IMG/VR virus record: IMGVR_UViG_3300025093_000011
Span: 32,001 to 96,000 of that record
DNA length: 64,000 nucleotides
Strand: one strand, 5' to 3'
DNA from: a virus
This document shows positions 60,019 through 64,000 of the stretch, in pieces (within the stretch, counting starts at the first letter, position 1; the number at the start of each line of letters is the position of its first letter). A model generated the notes under the pieces. That model did no database searches, was not told where the DNA came from, and was given only the letters and a program-made list of their open reading frames with translations. The position numbers were made by a program, and so were the translations under genes.

Positions 60019-60075
60019 ATCTGTTGATTAAAATTGTTTAATAATTAGTAAAAAAGGAAGCTGTCTAACTGTGAT

Positions 60076-61248
60076 TTACTTCACAGCCATTGCCACCACC
60101 TTTTGATTTAACATTAGTTTTGAGAACTTAGCTTTATTACCATTTATGATTTCCTTAACCATATAGTATCTCAAATCATCAGTAAAGGCTTTACTATCTG
60201 TAGTTAATTGAACAAGTCTGTCAATCATCTTTTGAGGTATAGAACCTTTGCTAGCTTTAATTAAAGAATAGTTAATAATTCTAGTTGTAATTATACTAGA
60301 TATATCAGCTCTGAATTCATCTCCTGTTCCAATACAAGAGTTTAAGCTTCCACTTACATATTCCCAATTATCATTTTCTAGAATTTGCTGAGGACTAATA
60401 ATCTTATCAAGTTGATTATTAATAAACATAGTAAACATGCTACTAAATTCATCTCCTACAGATCCTTCACCAATCATTTGAATTAGAGGTAATTGCTCTT
60501 CAAACTTTTCAATAGAACTGATAGAGTTAAAGAATGTAGTTACACTTCTAGGATTAACATCCTTACTAACTAGTTCAGGATGCATTAATAAGAAGTTAAT
60601 ACATCTACCATCAATCTTTACAGTCTCAGCCCACTTAGCCCATACATCTGCATCAAACTTTACTGCAGTAGAAATAAATCTAGTTCTCTGAGCTGTATCT
60701 AATGCTGTAACATTATAGTCACCATTGTCTGGATTAGTAGTAAGAAGTACATGCCAGTTCTTTGGAAGACTCCAAGAAATATACTCTTGTCTGTCAATCA
60801 ATTCCATAGTAGCTTGCATGAATCTATGGTCAGCTCTAGTATAATCATCTAATACTAAGAACCCACCTTCACCTTTACCTTGAATCCACTCAGGTGCAGC
60901 ATGAGACATTCTCTTGTCTACAACTTTGTAACCTTTCTTCATAGCAACATCTACTTGAGCTTCATTTATCCAAGTAGTTTTACCATCTTTATTTTGAATT
61001 TGGAATTCTTTAACAGGAAAACCAACAAGATCACCTAACTCCTCTATCTGTGATAAGTTAATCTTAACTACATCCATCTCAAGTTCTTCTCCTAATTGCA
61101 TAATAGCAGAAGTTTTACCAAGACCAGCATCACCTTCAATATTTACAGCAACAGGAACTTTTCCTTCTGCTTGAATGTGCTGATTGTTTTTTACCATGTG
61201 CTTTAAAAAGTCTTTTAATTCATTAACGTTTAATTGTGTCTCACTCAT
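60076..61248 (-). CDS. MoxR-like AAA+ ATPase
   Basis: Walker A 'GDAGLGKTS', Walker B 'FLVLDDYTRA', 'TTNP' and Arg finger 'LDTAQRTRF'. Adjacent to a VWA gene. Confidence 0.85.
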   Translation of the reverse strand: MSETQLNVNELKDFLKHMVKNNQHIQAEGKVPVAVNIEGDAGLGKTSAIMQLGEELEMDVVKINLSQIEELGDLVGFPVKEFQIQNKDGKTTWINEAQVDVAMKKGYKVVDKRMSHAAPEWIQGKGEGGFLVLDDYTRADHRFMQATMELIDRQEYISWSLPKNWHVLLTTNPDNGDYNVTALDTAQRTRFISTAVKFDADVWAKWAETVKIDGRCINFLLMHPELVSKDVNPRSVTTFFNSISSIEKFEEQLPLIQMIGEGSVGDEFSSMFTMFINNQLDKIISPQQILENDNWEYVSGSLNSCIGTGDEFRADISSIITTRIINYSLIKASKGSIPQKMIDRLVQLTTDSKAFTDDLRYYMVKEIINGNKAKFSKLMLNQKVVAMAVK

Positions 61249-61258
61249 CTTTTTTAAT

Positions 61259-62470
61259 TTAAAGTTCTAATTTAATTTGTTTACCAGGCAAGCTTTCATT
61301 ATAACTGGATCTCTCCGATAATACCCAAAGTACTTGCTTCTTTGGTTTAATGTCTGTAAATGCTTCACCATCAGTGAAATATATAAGACTTGTATATTTA
61401 TTATGCTCATTGTAATATTCAAGAACAGGGTTAAATTCAGTTCCACCTCTACCGGAAACTTCTAACTCAAATTTCCCATCATATTCTTTTATAGACTGTA
61501 TTCTAGTATCACACTGTATAATTGTAATACTCACTCCACACTTATATAAATGATATATTTCATTCATAAACTCCTTTAACTCTTCATCTTCTACTGAAGC
61601 TGATGTATCAATTGCTAATAACATCTGTTGCCTCATCTTTATCTTAAGTCCGGGATTATCAGAAAATCTTCTATTCTCTTTTCTCCTCAACTTTCTAGTA
61701 AAGATCTTTGTACTTATACCTGTGAATCTTTTAATATATGCTTTCCAATTAAACTTAGGTGGAATAATCTCTTCTAGTTTAATTAAACCCTCAATCTCAC
61801 CTGGTATATAACCTCTCTTCTTAATTGTCTGTTCCTTAGCTTCAGTAAGAACTCTTTGAATTTGTTTTTCAATAAGTTTCTTTTCAGCTTCAGGCATGTC
61901 TTCAAACTCACCCCATGCATGATCAGGGATTTCTACATCACCTTTTTCATCTAGAGTAACTGTCATCTGACCTTGTTCCATACCATCAAGAACTTTATCC
62001 ATGTTCTTATCTCCACAAGTACCATTACACTTCTTATCTTCTTGAGCTTGTTTAAGCTGATCATAATAATATCTAGAACCAGCTCTCCTATCTAGATCAA
62101 GATCATCATAATCATCTATATCTATACCACCTTCAGGCAGCCAATCTTTAGATATATACTGATTAATCTCCATATCCATTGCAATATTAGCCAACTTCTT
62201 GTCTTCAAATAATTCAAAGGCAGTCAGGTGATTAAATGCAATATGAAGTAATTCATGTTTAAGAAGACCCAGTTTCTTGATATCTTCTAAACCTTGCCAA
62301 AATGTTTCATTAATAATCAACTGAAAATTAATTCCATTTTTACAAACTCCTGCAGTAGGAATTTTATCTTTTGTCCATACTTTATTTAACATAAGTAGAA
62401 AGAAACCATAGTATGGTTCCCTCAGCATCAGATCTTTTGATATTCTGCTTAACGAATCTTGTTTATTCAT
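61259..62470 (-). CDS. DUF2201-type metallopeptidase plus VWA domain protein
   Basis: 'LLKHELLHIAFNH' (HEXXH), 'NIAMDMEINQ', MIDAS 'AIDTSAS', 'GRGGTEFNP' and 'YFTDG'. Confidence 0.82.
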   Translation of the reverse strand: MNKQDSLSRISKDLMLREPYYGFFLLMLNKVWTKDKIPTAGVCKNGINFQLIINETFWQGLEDIKKLGLLKHELLHIAFNHLTAFELFEDKKLANIAMDMEINQYISKDWLPEGGIDIDDYDDLDLDRRAGSRYYYDQLKQAQEDKKCNGTCGDKNMDKVLDGMEQGQMTVTLDEKGDVEIPDHAWGEFEDMPEAEKKLIEKQIQRVLTEAKEQTIKKRGYIPGEIEGLIKLEEIIPPKFNWKAYIKRFTGISTKIFTRKLRRKENRRFSDNPGLKIKMRQQMLLAIDTSASVEDEELKEFMNEIYHLYKCGVSITIIQCDTRIQSIKEYDGKFELEVSGRGGTEFNPVLEYYNEHNKYTSLIYFTDGEAFTDIKPKKQVLWVLSERSSYNESLPGKQIKLEL

Positions 62471-62843
62471 ACACTATTTTAAATTTTACTTCTTGACCTA
62501 TAGTTTTAAATATTCTTTTTAAGTCTTTCATATGCTCCTCTATTAATAGCTCCTTCATATAAGGTTTATTATCATGTATACACAGATGCCAATTATGAGT
62601 TGCTATTAAACTGTTTTTAAGAGATACTCCTACTCTGATTTTTTCACATAATAATTCACTAGAAGCTTTAAAATTTTCTTGCCACTCTCCTAGAGCAGGT
62701 GCTGCATACATATACAAATAGAATATTTCTTCTTCAATCTTATTTACATCATAAGATTCCAAAATCTTGAAACCCATATACATATTATCCTTATCTGAAG
62801 AGTTTAACATATTGTAAATCTTCACCAACTTTTCTTTATCCAT
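62463..62843 (-). CDS. Hypothetical protein
   Basis: 126 aa, coupled to its neighbours. N-terminal 'IYNMLNSSDKDN' motif. Confidence 0.6.
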   Translation of the reverse strand: MDKEKLVKIYNMLNSSDKDNMYMGFKILESYDVNKIEEEIFYLYMYAAPALGEWQENFKASSELLCEKIRVGVSLKNSLIATHNWHLCIHDNKPYMKELLIEEHMKDLKRIFKTIGQEVKFKIVYE

Positions 62844-62846
62844 AAT

Positions 62847-63278
62847 TTATTTTTGTTTATAGAATCTACCTAAGATATTAGCATTTAAGAATTCATCTTT
62901 TTCTAAAACTTCATTGATAAACTGTAGCTTAGTTTCTTGATATGTAAGTTCTGTTTTAGAGTAACATATCTTTAGAATATTTCGATGTACTACTATTCCT
63001 TTTTTATGAGCATCTTTTAACACTTTGTTACTACTAAAGTATTTTTGATAATCAAGTTTAGTGACTATCTCATACTTTTTAGTTCTTTTATCTGTTATAG
63101 CAGCTAGAGCTTTCTTACCAAACTTTTTCTTTCTTTTAGAATAAAAGTTTTTCTTGCCAATATATTTAACATGCTTACCATCTATAATAGCTTGCATTTC
63201 ATATACAAACCCCACAGCATCTTCAGGTATCATTTCTTCTAGAAACTCTTTACCTTTGTATAACCACGGATGTTTCAT
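62847..63278 (-). CDS. GIY-YIG-like phage nuclease
   Basis: Start placed at MKHPWLYKG. 'GFVYEM....KYIGKK', 'KYFSSN', 'ELTYQE' and 'FLNANILGRF'. Confidence 0.6.
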   Translation of the reverse strand: MKHPWLYKGKEFLEEMIPEDAVGFVYEMQAIIDGKHVKYIGKKNFYSKRKKKFGKKALAAITDKRTKKYEIVTKLDYQKYFSSNKVLKDAHKKGIVVHRNILKICYSKTELTYQETKLQFINEVLEKDEFLNANILGRFYKQK

Positions 63279-63298
63279 TGAATTCTTAATTCTAGTTC

Positions 63299-64000
63299 TT
63301 AAATGCATAACTCTTTTAATAAAGGTAATAAAGTTTCTCTAGTTTTAGTAAGACCATGTGCTTTTATAGAGTCAGATAAATCTTTCTCCATATTTAAAAT
63401 TACATAATCAAAACCGTATTTCTCTTTATACTTTTTCATAGATGTGATACCTGCTTCATCATTGTCAAATAAAACAAATACTTTTTCATACTTTGATATT
63501 ATACCTTTAAGCATGCTCTCTGGTATTAAAGTATTCTCACTGTCAGGAGCAATTGATTCTGCATCACTTAACTTAAGCCTGTTAAAGGCCATTAAGTCTT
63601 TTAATGAAGATGTAATCACAAGATATTTCTTATCATATTTTAATTGTTCAGATCCTTGTATATAATTTTTAATCTTTATAAACTTCTTTTTAGAAACTTT
63701 AGGTTGATAAATTTTATATATAGAGCCATCATTTTTAAAATATCCGTATATACTGAAACCTTTAATAGTTATTGACTTTTCAATAATACCTTCTTCATTC
63801 TTCTTTTCCATCTTATAATACTCCAAAGGAGCTACATTATATTTCTCAAGAAGTCTAGAACCAATATTAAACTTAGTCCAATACTTCTGATCAATTGTAG
63901 TCCAATGTCTAATCTCATAATCAGTAACTTTATACTTACTATAAGACTTATATTGTATTATAGGATTATGACCATTATTTAAGATATGCTCATTATAATC
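63299..64000 (-). CDS. DnaG-type primase (TOPRIM), 5' partial
   Basis: Frame is open to the window edge (DYNEHILNN...RHWTTIDQKYWTKFNI...). 'YKIYQP', 'LVITSSLKD', 'LFDNDEAG' and 'KDLSD'. Confidence 0.8.
   Translation of the reverse strand, partial: DYNEHILNNGHNPIIQYKSYSKYKVTDYEIRHWTTIDQKYWTKFNIGSRLLEKYNVAPLEYYKMEKKNEEGIIEKSITIKGFSIYGYFKNDGSIYKIYQPKVSKKKFIKIKNYIQGSEQLKYDKKYLVITSSLKDLMAFNRLKLSDAESIAPDSENTLIPESMLKGIISKYEKVFVLFDNDEAGITSMKKYKEKYGFDYVILNMEKDLSDSIKAHGLTKTRETLLPLLKELCI

Noticed and set aside
52658-63665. Short + strand ORFs inside the replication genes (52658, 53695, 55465, 57122, 58510, 63154, 63444) and the alternate-frame - strand ORF 58655
   Set aside because: They overlap well-supported genes and show no recognisable motifs.
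1-64000. tRNA, rRNA or integrase genes
   Set aside because: None recognised; intergenic spaces are too short or AT-rich to hold a cloverleaf, though no scan was run.

Overview
AT-rich fragment of a large lytic dsDNA phage with crAss-like (Crassvirales-type) gene content, probably infecting Bacteroidota (no Shine-Dalgarno sequences, A-rich leaders; host is inference). The + strand (1-52552) has an HU/IHF-like gene, two tail ring/tubular genes, a tail stabilisation (muzzle-like) gene and about 45 kb of giant predicted virion cargo/ejection proteins. These include a 3862-aa virion RNA polymerase (DFDVD motif) fused to a zincin, an AlkB-like dioxygenase and a NADAR-like domain. The - strand (52512-64000) is a replication module: primase, GIY-YIG-like nuclease, VWA-metallopeptidase plus MoxR AAA pair, PD-(D/E)XK nuclease, family B DNA polymerase and a DUF932-like gene. 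The two arms converge on twin terminators. The most striking observation is that four consecutive cargo proteins (about 7600 aa) contain only six cysteines, all at the extreme termini and in head-to-tail order (C | N+C | N+C | N). This suggests a disulfide-linked daisy chain of ejected proteins. The upstream cargo genes instead look like modular polyproteins punctuated by recurring xxxGG motifs. A TAAAC-N7-GTTTA-N20-TATATT element precedes two cargo genes. All domain calls are by eye from motifs; no searches were run.
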